The translations under genes and the position numbers were made by a program. From Dehalococcoidia bacterium (GTDB lineage Bacteria; Chloroflexota; Dehalococcoidia; UBA2979), in the NCBI GenBank assembly GCA_965219085.1, contig OZ244720.1:2624001-2688000 (forward strand): a DNA stretch of 64,000 nucleotides. The letters run 5' to 3'. The number at the start of each line of letters is the position of its first letter. The first letter of the stretch is position 1. The notes beneath the pieces were generated by a model, which had not been told where the DNA came from, did no database searches, and saw only the letters and a program-made list of their open reading frames with translations. Below, piece after piece: positions 55,580 to 64,000 of the stretch.

Positions 55580-55788
55580 GGCTCGGCCCTCGTCCGCCGC
55601 CACACAACGATCGCACCTTTCGGTGCGACGCCGCAACGACCGCTGCGGCGTAGCGCGGCCGGCAGTCGCGGCTGATTGCCCCGCCTCGCCCGTGAGCACG
55701 AAGCCGGTATGATTCCCTCGACGCCTGCTACGGGCCGCGTACGCGGCCGGGGTGGCGTCCCGACGTTCGTACGTTCGCAGCGAAGGAG

Positions 55789-58089
55789 TTGAGCGTGGTC
55801 GCGACCGATCAGGAATACCAGGTCATCGGCACCCGCCCCGTGCGCCCAGACGGCGCCGACAAGGTGACCGGCCGTGCCGAGTACGGCGGAGACGTGCGCC
55901 TCCCCCGCATGCTCTACGGCCGCGTCAAGCGCAGCCCGCACGCGCACGCCCGCATCATCAGCATCGACACCTCGAAGGCGCTTGAGCTCGACGGCGTCAA
56001 GGCCGTCGTCACCAACGCCGACTTCCCGCGCGTCGACGGCGACATGGTCGACCTCGGCGAGACGTTCGCGCCCTTCAAGTGGGTGCGCGACAACGTGCTC
56101 GCCTCGGACAAGGTGCTCTACGCCGGCCACGCCGTGGCCGCTGTCTGCGCCACCGACCAGCACATCGCCGAGGACGCGCTCGACCTCATCGAGGTGGAGT
56201 ACGAGGTCCTGGACCCGGTGCTGAACGTGCACCAGGCGATGGCCGACGGCGCGACGCAGCTGCACGACTCCATGCACACCACCGAGATGGCCGCTCGCTT
56301 CGTGCCCGGCGACCAGCGCTCCGAGGCCCCGAGCAACATCGCGAGCCACCTGCGCTTCGACGTCGGCGACGTCGACGCCGGGTTCGTCGAGGCCGACATC
56401 GTCCTCGAGCGCGAGTTCGAGACCGCGATGGCCCACCAGGGGTACATCGAGTACCACAACGGCACCGCGTTCTGGAGTTCCGACGGCGAAGTCACGGTGT
56501 GGTGCAGCTCGCAGGCGCCGTTCTCGATTCGCGACTCGGTGGCGGCGCTGCTTGACCTGCCGGTCTCGAAGGTGAAGGTGATCCCGATGGAAATCGGGGG
56601 CGGCTTCGGCGGCAAGATCAGCGTCTATATGGAGCCGATGGCCGCGATGATGTCGAAGATGACCGGCCAGCCCGTGAAGATGCTGATGACCCGCGAGGAG
56701 GTCCTGACCGCCACCGGCCCGACCTCCGCCACCTACGTGCGCTGCAAGATCGGCGCGATGCGCGACGGCACCCTCGTCGCCGTCGAGTCGGAGCTGGCCT
56801 ACGAGGCCGGCGCCTTCCCCGGCTCACCCGTGGCCTCCGGCGCGGGCTGCATGTTCGGCTCGTACGACATTCCGAACCAGCGCGCCGACGCCTACGACGT
56901 GGTCACGAACAAGCCGAAGGTCGCCGCGTACCGCGCTCCCGGCTCGCCGCAGGGCACGTACGCGATGGAATCGCTCATGACCGAGCTGGCCGAGCGGCTC
57001 GAGATGGACGAGATGGAGCTTCGGCTCAAGAACGTCTCCACCGAGGGCGTGCGCCGCACCGACGGCGTCCAGCACGGCCGCATCGGCGCCGAGGAGGTCA
57101 TGCAGGCCGCGCAGGAGACCCCGCACTACCGCTCCGAACTCACCGGCAAGAACCGCGGCCGCGGCATCTCGATGGGCTACTGGGGCAACGCGGGCCTCGA
57201 GTCGAGCGCGTTCGCGCTCGTGAGCGCCGACGGCGACGTGAGCCTCGTGCTCGGCTCGGTCGACATCGGCGGGCAGCGTGCGGCACTCGCGATGCAGCTC
57301 GCCGAGACGCTCGGTCTCGCGTACGAGAACATCCACCCGCGCGTGGTCGACACCGACTCGATCGGCTTCACGCACGTCACCGGCGGCAGCCGCACGACGT
57401 TCGCGACCGGCTGGGCGGTCTACGAGGCGGGCATGGACATCCGCCGCCAGTTCGAGGAGCGCGCGGCGACCATCTGGGAAGTCGACCGCGACTCGGTCGC
57501 CTACGGCGCCGACGGCGTCGTGCGCGGCCCGGCCGACGAGGACGGCAACGACCGCTCGTTCACGTTCGCCGAGATGAGCGCGCAGCTGCCGCTCACCGGC
57601 GGCCTCATCCAGGGCCACGCGGACGTGTTGCCGACGGGCGTCGGCGCGGCCTTCGGCTGCCACATCGTGGACGTCGAGGTGGACCCGGAGACCGGCAAGG
57701 TCGACGTGCTCCGCTACACGGCCGTCCAGGACGTCGGCAAGGCGATCCACCCCTCGTACGTCGAGGGTCAGATCCAGGGCGGCGCCGCACAGGGCGTCGG
57801 CATGGCGCTGACGGAGGAGTACTTCTACCGCGAGGACGGCGCGATGGCGAACTCGAGCCTGCTCGACTACCGCATGCCGACCGCGCTCGACCTCCCGGAG
57901 ATCGAGACGGTGCTCGTCGAGGTCCCGAACCCCGGCCACCCGTACGGGGTGCGGGGCGTGGGCGAAGTGCCGATCGTGCCGCCGCTGGCAGCGGTCGCGA
58001 ACGCCATCCACGACGCCACGGACATCCGCGTCACGCAGCTCCCGGCCTCGCCGCGCTGGCTGCTCGACCAGATGGACGACGAGGGGTAA
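55789..58089 (+). CDS. Xanthine dehydrogenase family molybdopterin-binding subunit
   Basis: KVTGRAEY, RSPHAHA, GGGFGGK, AYRAPG, EGQIQGG, GVGE. Confidence 0.92.
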   Translation: MSVVATDQEYQVIGTRPVRPDGADKVTGRAEYGGDVRLPRMLYGRVKRSPHAHARIISIDTSKALELDGVKAVVTNADFPRVDGDMVDLGETFAPFKWVRDNVLASDKVLYAGHAVAAVCATDQHIAEDALDLIEVEYEVLDPVLNVHQAMADGATQLHDSMHTTEMAARFVPGDQRSEAPSNIASHLRFDVGDVDAGFVEADIVLEREFETAMAHQGYIEYHNGTAFWSSDGEVTVWCSSQAPFSIRDSVAALLDLPVSKVKVIPMEIGGGFGGKISVYMEPMAAMMSKMTGQPVKMLMTREEVLTATGPTSATYVRCKIGAMRDGTLVAVESELAYEAGAFPGSPVASGAGCMFGSYDIPNQRADAYDVVTNKPKVAAYRAPGSPQGTYAMESLMTELAERLEMDEMELRLKNVSTEGVRRTDGVQHGRIGAEEVMQAAQETPHYRSELTGKNRGRGISMGYWGNAGLESSAFALVSADGDVSLVLGSVDIGGQRAALAMQLAETLGLAYENIHPRVVDTDSIGFTHVTGGSRTTFATGWAVYEAGMDIRRQFEERAATIWEVDRDSVAYGADGVVRGPADEDGNDRSFTFAEMSAQLPLTGGLIQGHADVLPTGVGAAFGCHIVDVEVDPETGKVDVLRYTAVQDVGKAIHPSYVEGQIQGGAAQGVGMALTEEYFYREDGAMANSSLLDYRMPTALDLPEIETVLVEVPNPGHPYGVRGVGEVPIVPPLAAVANAIHDATDIRVTQLPASPRWLLDQMDDEG

Positions 58090-58190
58090 CCACTCCTCGT
58101 CGCAGGGCAGAATCCACATGCACTCACAGGGCCGCCGGCACACGCCGGCGGCCTTCGTGTATCCCGCGCACCCCGCGCGCCCGGTCGCGC

Positions 58191-58835
58191 TCAGGCTCGG
58201 GGTTCGGTGAGGGTGTCGGTGAACCAGTCGAGGAGGAGGGCGCGGACCTCCTCGCGGCGCTGGCGCAGGCTGTGCGTCGCGCCCTCGAACAGTTCGAGGC
58301 GCTTCGGTTCGCCGGCCATCTCGTGCAGCAGCCGCGAGCAGTCCGGCGGCAGCCGATCGTCGGCGAGGCCGTGCATGAGCAGCAGCGGCGTCGGCGCGAG
58401 CTCGGCCACGCGCTGCGCGCCGGCGGTCTGTGTCGCCAGCGTCGCCACCGACGCCACGAGCTCTGAGCGCACGCCCGCCTCGATCACCACAGCGCCGCCG
58501 AAGGAGTGGCCGGCAAGCCCGACGCGTCGTGCGCCCTCGCTCGCGAGGAACTCGACGCCGAGCAGCACGTCGAACACGCCCTCGTCCATCGGACCGGGGA
58601 ACGCGTGGACGCGGAAGTCGAGCCGCAACGCCGCGATGCCCCGCGCGGCGAGGTCGGAGGCGAGGTCGGGGTAGAGCGCGTTCGCAGGGCCGTCGAGGCC
58701 GCCGTCGCCGCCGCCGACCATGACCACGGCCGCCTCGGCGTCCGCGGCCGCGTGCCAGGCGCAGCGGAGCGCGCCTCGCTCGGACTCGATCTCGATGATG
58801 CGAGGGTCGCCGGGTGCCTCCACAGGATCGTCCAT
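58191..58835 (-). CDS. Alpha/beta hydrolase
   Basis: GHSFGG, HGLADD, GATH. Confidence 0.85.
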   Translation of the reverse strand: MDDPVEAPGDPRIIEIESERGALRCAWHAAADAEAAVVMVGGGDGGLDGPANALYPDLASDLAARGIAALRLDFRVHAFPGPMDEGVFDVLLGVEFLASEGARRVGLAGHSFGGAVVIEAGVRSELVASVATLATQTAGAQRVAELAPTPLLLMHGLADDRLPPDCSRLLHEMAGEPKRLELFEGATHSLRQRREEVRALLLDWFTDTLTEPRA

Positions 58836-58846
58836 GGTCGCGGGCG

Positions 58847-61021
58847 TCAGGCCGGGACTTCCTCGGGGACCGCTTCGACGTCGGCCGGGCGCTCCACCGG
58901 CAGGTCGATGATCATGTCGGTGCCCTCGCCTGCTTCGGACTCGACACGGATGCCACCGCCGTGCCTGCGCACGATGTCCGCTGAGATCGCGAGACCGAGG
59001 CCGGTGCCCTGGTCCGTGGGCTTGGTCGTGAAGAATGGGTTGAAGATCTTCTCGATCACGTCTTCGGGCATTCCCATACCGTTGTCCCGGATCCGGATCT
59101 CGATCTGGTCGCCGTCGCGCCTGGTGACCAGCGTCAGCGTGGGCATGAACTTGCCGGGGCCGATGCTCCCGTCGCCCGTCGACATGCGCCTCTCGTGTGT
59201 CGCGTAGCCGGCGTTGCTGACCATGTTGAGGAAGACGCGGCCGAGGTCCTGCGGGATGGCGTCGATCTCCCCGACATCGGGGTCGAAGTCCTCCTTGATG
59301 TCGAGCTGGAACTCCTGGTTCGTGCCGCGTGCGCTGTGGTAGGCGAGCCGCGCGTGCTCCTCCAACAGTGCGTTAATGTCCGTCGGGCGGAACTCCTGAC
59401 CGCCGCGGCCCATCTGCAGCATGTCGTTCACGATGCGGTCCGCGCGCTGGCCGTGTGAGCTGATGCGCTCGACGTTGCTCACGAGGTCGTTCGTGATGTC
59501 GTCGACGAGTCCGCGCTGCTCCTCGCTGAGCTCGACGCCTTCCTCTTCGAGGACTTCCTTGAGTTCCTCGACCAGGTCGCCCGATGCCTCGGAGAAGTTC
59601 TTCACGAAGTTGAGCGGGTTGCGGATCTCGTGCGCCACGCCGGCGGTCAGCTCGCCGAGCGCGGCCAGCTTCTCGCGCATCACGATCTGGTCCTGTGCCG
59701 TCTGCAACTGGGCCAGCACGGACTCGAGCTCGTCGTTCTTGCCCTGCAACTCGTCGGCGAGCTGCTCGACGAGGTTGAGGCGCTGCACCTCCAGTGCGTG
59801 GCGGCGGAACACCTCCAGCGCGGCGGCCATCTCCGCGACTTCGTCTCGGCCGCCCACGTCGACGGTGGTTTCGAGGTCGCCCTGCGCCATGCCGCGCATC
59901 CAGTCGGAGACCATGCCGATGCGCCGCAGCAGCACCCGTCGCACGAACGCCACGACGATCATCACCGTGCTGGCGACGCTGACGACGCTGATGGCGAGCA
60001 GCAGGATCAGGCCGGTGCGCATCGCCTGTGAGGATCCCGCCGTCGCTTCCTGGACGCTCGCCTGCGCAGCGCTGATGAGGCCGTTGACCTCGGCGTTCAG
60101 TTCGAGCGAGACGTCGCGGTTCTGGCTGAGCAACTCCTCCTGCTGCATGGAGATCGTGAGCTCGGAAGCGAACAGGTCGAAGACGCTGTCGTCTCCCGAC
60201 CCGAGTGCGACCAGCCGCTCGAACACGGAAGCCGATTCGTAGTGGAATGCCGTGCCCTCCAGGGGTGAGAGGTTCCGGTTGATGCGATTGATGGTCGCCT
60301 CGAAGCGCTCGCGCAGCGGCTCGATGAGCGAGGGGTCGGACAGCGTGAAGGCGTTCGCGAGGAGTTCCGTGGCGATGTTCACATCGCCGTGCAGCTCGGA
60401 GAGGCGCCGGTACTGGACGAGCTCGGCCTCCGAGAAGTGCGCCTCGCGTTCAGCGGGAGAGTCGGCGAGGGCGCGGTATCCGGTCAGGATGTAGAAGAGC
60501 TGGTCGTCGATGGCCGGCGCCAGCGCGGTCCCGAGCTCCGAGCGCACGTTGGCGAGTTCCGTCTCCAGCAGTTCCCGCGTTGCTGTCAGGGCAAAGACTC
60601 CGGCGGTCTCGCTCTCCAGTTCCTCGATGTTGGCGATCAGCGTGTCCGCGTGGGCGCGGATGCGAGCCACCCGGGCGGGGTCGCTGTCGGTCTGCTCCAG
60701 CGCTCCCACCTGCTGCTCGAAGGCCGCATAGGCCACGTCAATGTCGAGGCTGATCTGGCCGAACTCTTCGGGTGTGGCGGCGACGGTGAGGTTGGGGGCC
60801 GCAGCCACCAGCACGCCGCTCTGGCGGGCAACGTCGAAGGCAGCGGCCATCTCCGGCACGCTGCCCTCGTTGACGTTGCTCTGGACCTCGCCCACGCGGT
60901 TGAACGAGAACCAGCCGACGAGGCTGGCGGCGAGAGTCAGCAGCACCGCTCCGCCGAAGGCGAGGTAGAGCTGGGTGGAGATCCGGTTGCGGCTGGCGAG
61001 CAGCCGTCTGAGGTGCGACAT
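58847..61021 (-). CDS. Sensor histidine kinase (helical extracytoplasmic sensor, HAMP, HisKA, HATPase)
   Basis: 2 TMs, GRDEVAEMA HAMP, AHEIRNPL, RDNGMG, FFTTKP, GTGLGL. Confidence 0.92.
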   Translation of the reverse strand: MSHLRRLLASRNRISTQLYLAFGGAVLLTLAASLVGWFSFNRVGEVQSNVNEGSVPEMAAAFDVARQSGVLVAAAPNLTVAATPEEFGQISLDIDVAYAAFEQQVGALEQTDSDPARVARIRAHADTLIANIEELESETAGVFALTATRELLETELANVRSELGTALAPAIDDQLFYILTGYRALADSPAEREAHFSEAELVQYRRLSELHGDVNIATELLANAFTLSDPSLIEPLRERFEATINRINRNLSPLEGTAFHYESASVFERLVALGSGDDSVFDLFASELTISMQQEELLSQNRDVSLELNAEVNGLISAAQASVQEATAGSSQAMRTGLILLLAISVVSVASTVMIVVAFVRRVLLRRIGMVSDWMRGMAQGDLETTVDVGGRDEVAEMAAALEVFRRHALEVQRLNLVEQLADELQGKNDELESVLAQLQTAQDQIVMREKLAALGELTAGVAHEIRNPLNFVKNFSEASGDLVEELKEVLEEEGVELSEEQRGLVDDITNDLVSNVERISSHGQRADRIVNDMLQMGRGGQEFRPTDINALLEEHARLAYHSARGTNQEFQLDIKEDFDPDVGEIDAIPQDLGRVFLNMVSNAGYATHERRMSTGDGSIGPGKFMPTLTLVTRRDGDQIEIRIRDNGMGMPEDVIEKIFNPFFTTKPTDQGTGLGLAISADIVRRHGGGIRVESEAGEGTDMIIDLPVERPADVEAVPEEVPA

Positions 61022-61025
61022 CGAT

Positions 61026-62291
61026 CTACTCCGGGGCGGCAACGCCGCGCAGTGTCTTCACATGATAGTAGCGGCCGTCGAAACCGATCACGGTCAGGAA
61101 CACCGCGTCCGATCCCTGGTTGTCGTCTGCACCGAATTGGAGCGGGAATCCGTCGATCTCCAGTGGCTCGTCGCTGCGGAACGTCTCGAGGAAGCACGTC
61201 CGGTCGACCTCGGCCCCGCAGCGCTCCAGCCCGATGATGGCGAGCCGGCCGGCGAGGTAGCCCTCGAGCGAGACGAACCCGGGTTCAGCCTCCGGGTCGT
61301 GGGCCTCGAGGGCGCGCTGGTAGGCCGCCACTACCGCCTGCGAGTCATCCCACGGGAAGGGGACCACCTGGGTCACGAAGACGCCCACGCCCCGGTAGCC
61401 GAGCGCCCTGGCGAGGGCGTTACTCCCGACGAAGGAGACGTTCATGAAGACGGGCTCCCAACCCGTGCGCCGGGCCCACATGATCATCTCGGCGACCGGC
61501 TCATACGCGCCGATCTGAATCACGGCTTCGGGCTCACCCTCGCGGAGGTCGAGCAGCGCGGTCTTCACGGCCGTGGTATTGCGCGGATAGATACCGATCG
61601 CAACGGGCTCCATGCTGCGCCGGTCGAGCGCCTGCACGACGCCTCCGTAGCCGGCGCGGCCGTAGGAATCGTCCTGGTACATGATGCCGACGCGCGTCAT
61701 GCCGAGATCCTCGATCAGGCGCTGGACCATCTCCTCGGTCTCCTGGTTGTAGGAGGCGCGCAGGTTGACGATGTTGTCCCACCCGGGGTCGCGCAGGAAC
61801 GCCGCGCCGGTGAACGGCGCGATGTATGGCACGTCGGCGTCCGCGGCGATCGGCGTCGCGGAGCGTGAGGTGGGTGTGCCGACGGCGCCGATGAGCGCGA
61901 AGACCTCGTGGTTCTCGATCAGGTCTCGGGTGTTGGCGATGGCCGCCTCGGGCTCGTAGGCGTCGTCGAGGGAGACAAGTTCCAGTCGCCGGCCGTTGAC
62001 GCCGCCCGCGTCGTTGGCCTCCTGGAACGCCGCGAGGATCCCGAGCCGCATGTTCTGGCCGAGCTGGGCTGCGGGTCCGTCGAACGCCGCGGACTGCCCG
62101 AACAGGATCCGGTCGGCGGAGACGCCGGGAATCCCGGCTTCCGGCGTTGCGGTCGGTGAAGGAGTGGCGGTCGCGGCGTCGTCGTCGGGATCGTTGTCGC
62201 TGCCGAGGCAGGCGGCGAGGAGCAGCGTGGTGGCGGCGAGGGCTAGCCATACCACCGGCCGGAGGACCCGGGCAGGCGGCTTCCGGGTCAT
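61026..62291 (-). CDS. LivJ-type periplasmic binding lipoprotein
   Basis: Lipobox LLAAC, GGVNGRRLELVSLDDAYEP, VGTPT. Confidence 0.88.
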   Translation of the reverse strand: MTRKPPARVLRPVVWLALAATTLLLAACLGSDNDPDDDAATATPSPTATPEAGIPGVSADRILFGQSAAFDGPAAQLGQNMRLGILAAFQEANDAGGVNGRRLELVSLDDAYEPEAAIANTRDLIENHEVFALIGAVGTPTSRSATPIAADADVPYIAPFTGAAFLRDPGWDNIVNLRASYNQETEEMVQRLIEDLGMTRVGIMYQDDSYGRAGYGGVVQALDRRSMEPVAIGIYPRNTTAVKTALLDLREGEPEAVIQIGAYEPVAEMIMWARRTGWEPVFMNVSFVGSNALARALGYRGVGVFVTQVVPFPWDDSQAVVAAYQRALEAHDPEAEPGFVSLEGYLAGRLAIIGLERCGAEVDRTCFLETFRSDEPLEIDGFPLQFGADDNQGSDAVFLTVIGFDGRYYHVKTLRGVAAPE

Positions 62292-62707
62292 CTGACCTTG
62301 CGCGTCACCAGCTTCAGGTGATTCTTGCCCAGCTCGCGCTTGTAGAGCACCTCATCCATGAGCGTGCGCATGAAGTGCACGCCAAGTCCGCCCACGCGGC
62401 GCTCGCCGACTGCGGAGGTGAGATCGGGTGGCGGGGCGTCGTGGAGCGGGTCGAACGGGCGGCCGCCGTCGACGATCTCGATCGTGACCTGGTCGGCGTC
62501 GGTGGTGAGCGCGATATCGATCTCGTGGGTGTCGTCGTCATGGCCGTGGTCCATAACGTTGAGGTTCCACTCCTCGAGCACGAGCTCGACGCGGTAGAGG
62601 AGGTCCGCCGGCCAGCTGTCGCTTTCGGCGAGGCTCTCGACGGCAGCGTTGATGCGGTCGAGTTCGTCGTGGGCGGTCCGGATCGTGAGGGACATAGTGG
62701 TGCCCAC
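62288..62707 (-). CDS. RsbW-like anti-sigma / serine kinase
   Basis: LVLEE..NVMDHG, DGGRPFDP, GGLGVHF. Confidence 0.88.
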   Translation of the reverse strand: MGTTMSLTIRTAHDELDRINAAVESLAESDSWPADLLYRVELVLEEWNLNVMDHGHDDDTHEIDIALTTDADQVTIEIVDGGRPFDPLHDAPPPDLTSAVGERRVGGLGVHFMRTLMDEVLYKRELGKNHLKLVTRKVR

Positions 62708-62710
62708 GGG

Positions 62711-63859
62711 TCAGTTCCTTCGCAGGGTCAGGCAGGTGATGTCGTCGCTCTGGGGGGCATCGCCCGCGAACGCGGACACGGCCTGCATGACCTGCAGGCC
62801 GGTGGCCTCCGGGTCGCCCGGAGGCGTGGCCTCGAAGTACGACCGCAGGCCCTCGAGGCCGAACAACTCGCCGTCGTGGTTCATGGCCTCGGTGACGCCG
62901 TCGGTGTACAGCACGATGGTCTCACCCGGCTCGAGGTGATGCGTCGTCTGTCGGTACTCGAAGCCGGGCAGCACGCCGAGGGCGATCCCGCCGGTGAGCG
63001 GGAGCAGGGTGGAGGAGCCGTCCGGGCGGACCAGGAGTGGGGCGTCGTGACCGCCGCTGGCATAGGTGAAGATTCCCGTCTCCGGGTCGTACACGGCGTA
63101 GAGCATGGTCACGAACATGCTGTCGGTCTCGTCCTCCTGGAGCAGCGTGTTGACCTCGGAGAGCACGCTGCCCGGGTCCTGGTGGCTGATGGCGGAGCCC
63201 TTGAGCAGCGTGCGGCTGGACATCATGAAGAGCGCCGCGGGCACGCCCTTCCCCGAGACATCGGCGATGGCCAACCCGACGCGGTCGTCTTGCAGGCGGA
63301 CGACGTCGAAGAAGTCGCCGCCGACATCGAGCGCCGGATGCATGGCGCCGAACGTCTCGTAGGTGGTGCTGCTCGGGAAGGTCGTGGGCAGGATCGATTG
63401 CTGCATCTTGCTGGCGACATCGAGCTCGTTCTGGAGCGCCACCAGCCTGTCGCGACTATCGAGTGCGGCACGCCACTCCTCGATGTGCTGGAGGGTGCGG
63501 TCCACGGTGACCCGCAGGTCTTCGAAGTCCACGGGCTTGGTGACAAAGTCGAACGCGCCGCGGTTCATCGCGGTGCGGATGTTCTGCATGTCGCCGTAGG
63601 CGGAGATGATCACTGCGCGGAGGTTTGGGTTGACCTTGGGGATCTGCTCCAGGAGGGTCAGGCCGTCCATCTGGGGCATGTTGATGTCGGAGAGGACCAT
63701 ATCAATGGTGTCGTCCGCCGCGAGCTTCTCGAGCGCTTCGACTCCGTTGCCGGCGAAGACAAATTCGTAGCGGCCCGCCCGGATCTGACGCCGCATGCGC
63801 TGCAACATCAGGGGCTCGAGATCGGGCTCGTCGTCTACGACCAGGATCCTGTACGGCAT
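62711..63859 (-). CDS. Receiver + PP2C (SpoIIE/RsbU-like) phosphatase
   Basis: ILVVDD..SDINMP..KP; VGGDFFD, ADVSGKG, YTDGVTEA, DDIT. Confidence 0.92.
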   Translation of the reverse strand: MPYRILVVDDEPDLEPLMLQRMRRQIRAGRYEFVFAGNGVEALEKLAADDTIDMVLSDINMPQMDGLTLLEQIPKVNPNLRAVIISAYGDMQNIRTAMNRGAFDFVTKPVDFEDLRVTVDRTLQHIEEWRAALDSRDRLVALQNELDVASKMQQSILPTTFPSSTTYETFGAMHPALDVGGDFFDVVRLQDDRVGLAIADVSGKGVPAALFMMSSRTLLKGSAISHQDPGSVLSEVNTLLQEDETDSMFVTMLYAVYDPETGIFTYASGGHDAPLLVRPDGSSTLLPLTGGIALGVLPGFEYRQTTHHLEPGETIVLYTDGVTEAMNHDGELFGLEGLRSYFEATPPGDPEATGLQVMQAVSAFAGDAPQSDDITCLTLRRN

Positions 63860-63902
63860 CTACCTCGCCCCGGCCCGGAGGTTCCGCTCGGCGATGGGGC
63901 GG

Positions 63903-64000
63903 CTAGCCCTTGACGGACGCGACGGCCTCCGCGCGGGAAGCGTGAATCGGGATGATGCTGTCGAACCCGCTGATCCCGAATACCTCGCGGATGGGCTCAT
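63903..64000 (-). CDS. STAS anti-anti-sigma factor (3' end only)
   Basis: ..EPIREVFGISGFDSIIPIHASRAEAVASVKG*. Confidence 0.8.
   Translation of the reverse strand, partial: EPIREVFGISGFDSIIPIHASRAEAVASVKG

Noticed and set aside
55789-58089. Possible aerobic CO dehydrogenase CoxL
   Set aside because: Active-site loop is AYRAPG, not AYxCSFR (form I) or AYRGAGR (form II)

Overview
High-GC bacterial chromosomal window. The gene content and LexA-box type suggest Chloroflexota/Dehalococcoidia (inference only). Bases 1-~17950 are the right-hand part of an integrative conjugative element (ICE) inserted at the 3' end of a tRNA-Gln(TTG). It has a leftward primase/hypothetical operon with structured RNA-like leaders, and a minimal type IV secretion module (VirB6-like, two pilins, PrgI/VirB3 fusion, VirB4, VirD4-like) ending in a tandem-domain replication-relaxation protein. 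These are followed by five small DNA-binding genes, including a LexA DNA-binding-domain-only protein, three GAAC-N4-GTTC/GTAC SOS boxes, and a large serine recombinase whose ORF reads antisense through the whole tRNA. The rest is host backbone with small insertions: a histidine-decarboxylase-like gene plus ACT protein, a PrpD locus with a duplication scar, tRNA-Trp/Leu/Cys and tRNA-Gly, a Fur-CbiMNQO metal ECF operon, a CoA-catabolic cluster of tandem paralogues, an aspartic protease pair plus NYN nuclease, a YhaO/YhaN (SbcDC-like) pair, an orphan HicB, an XDH-family large subunit, and a binding protein/histidine kinase/partner-switching operon. All calls come from reading motifs by eye; no database searches were run.
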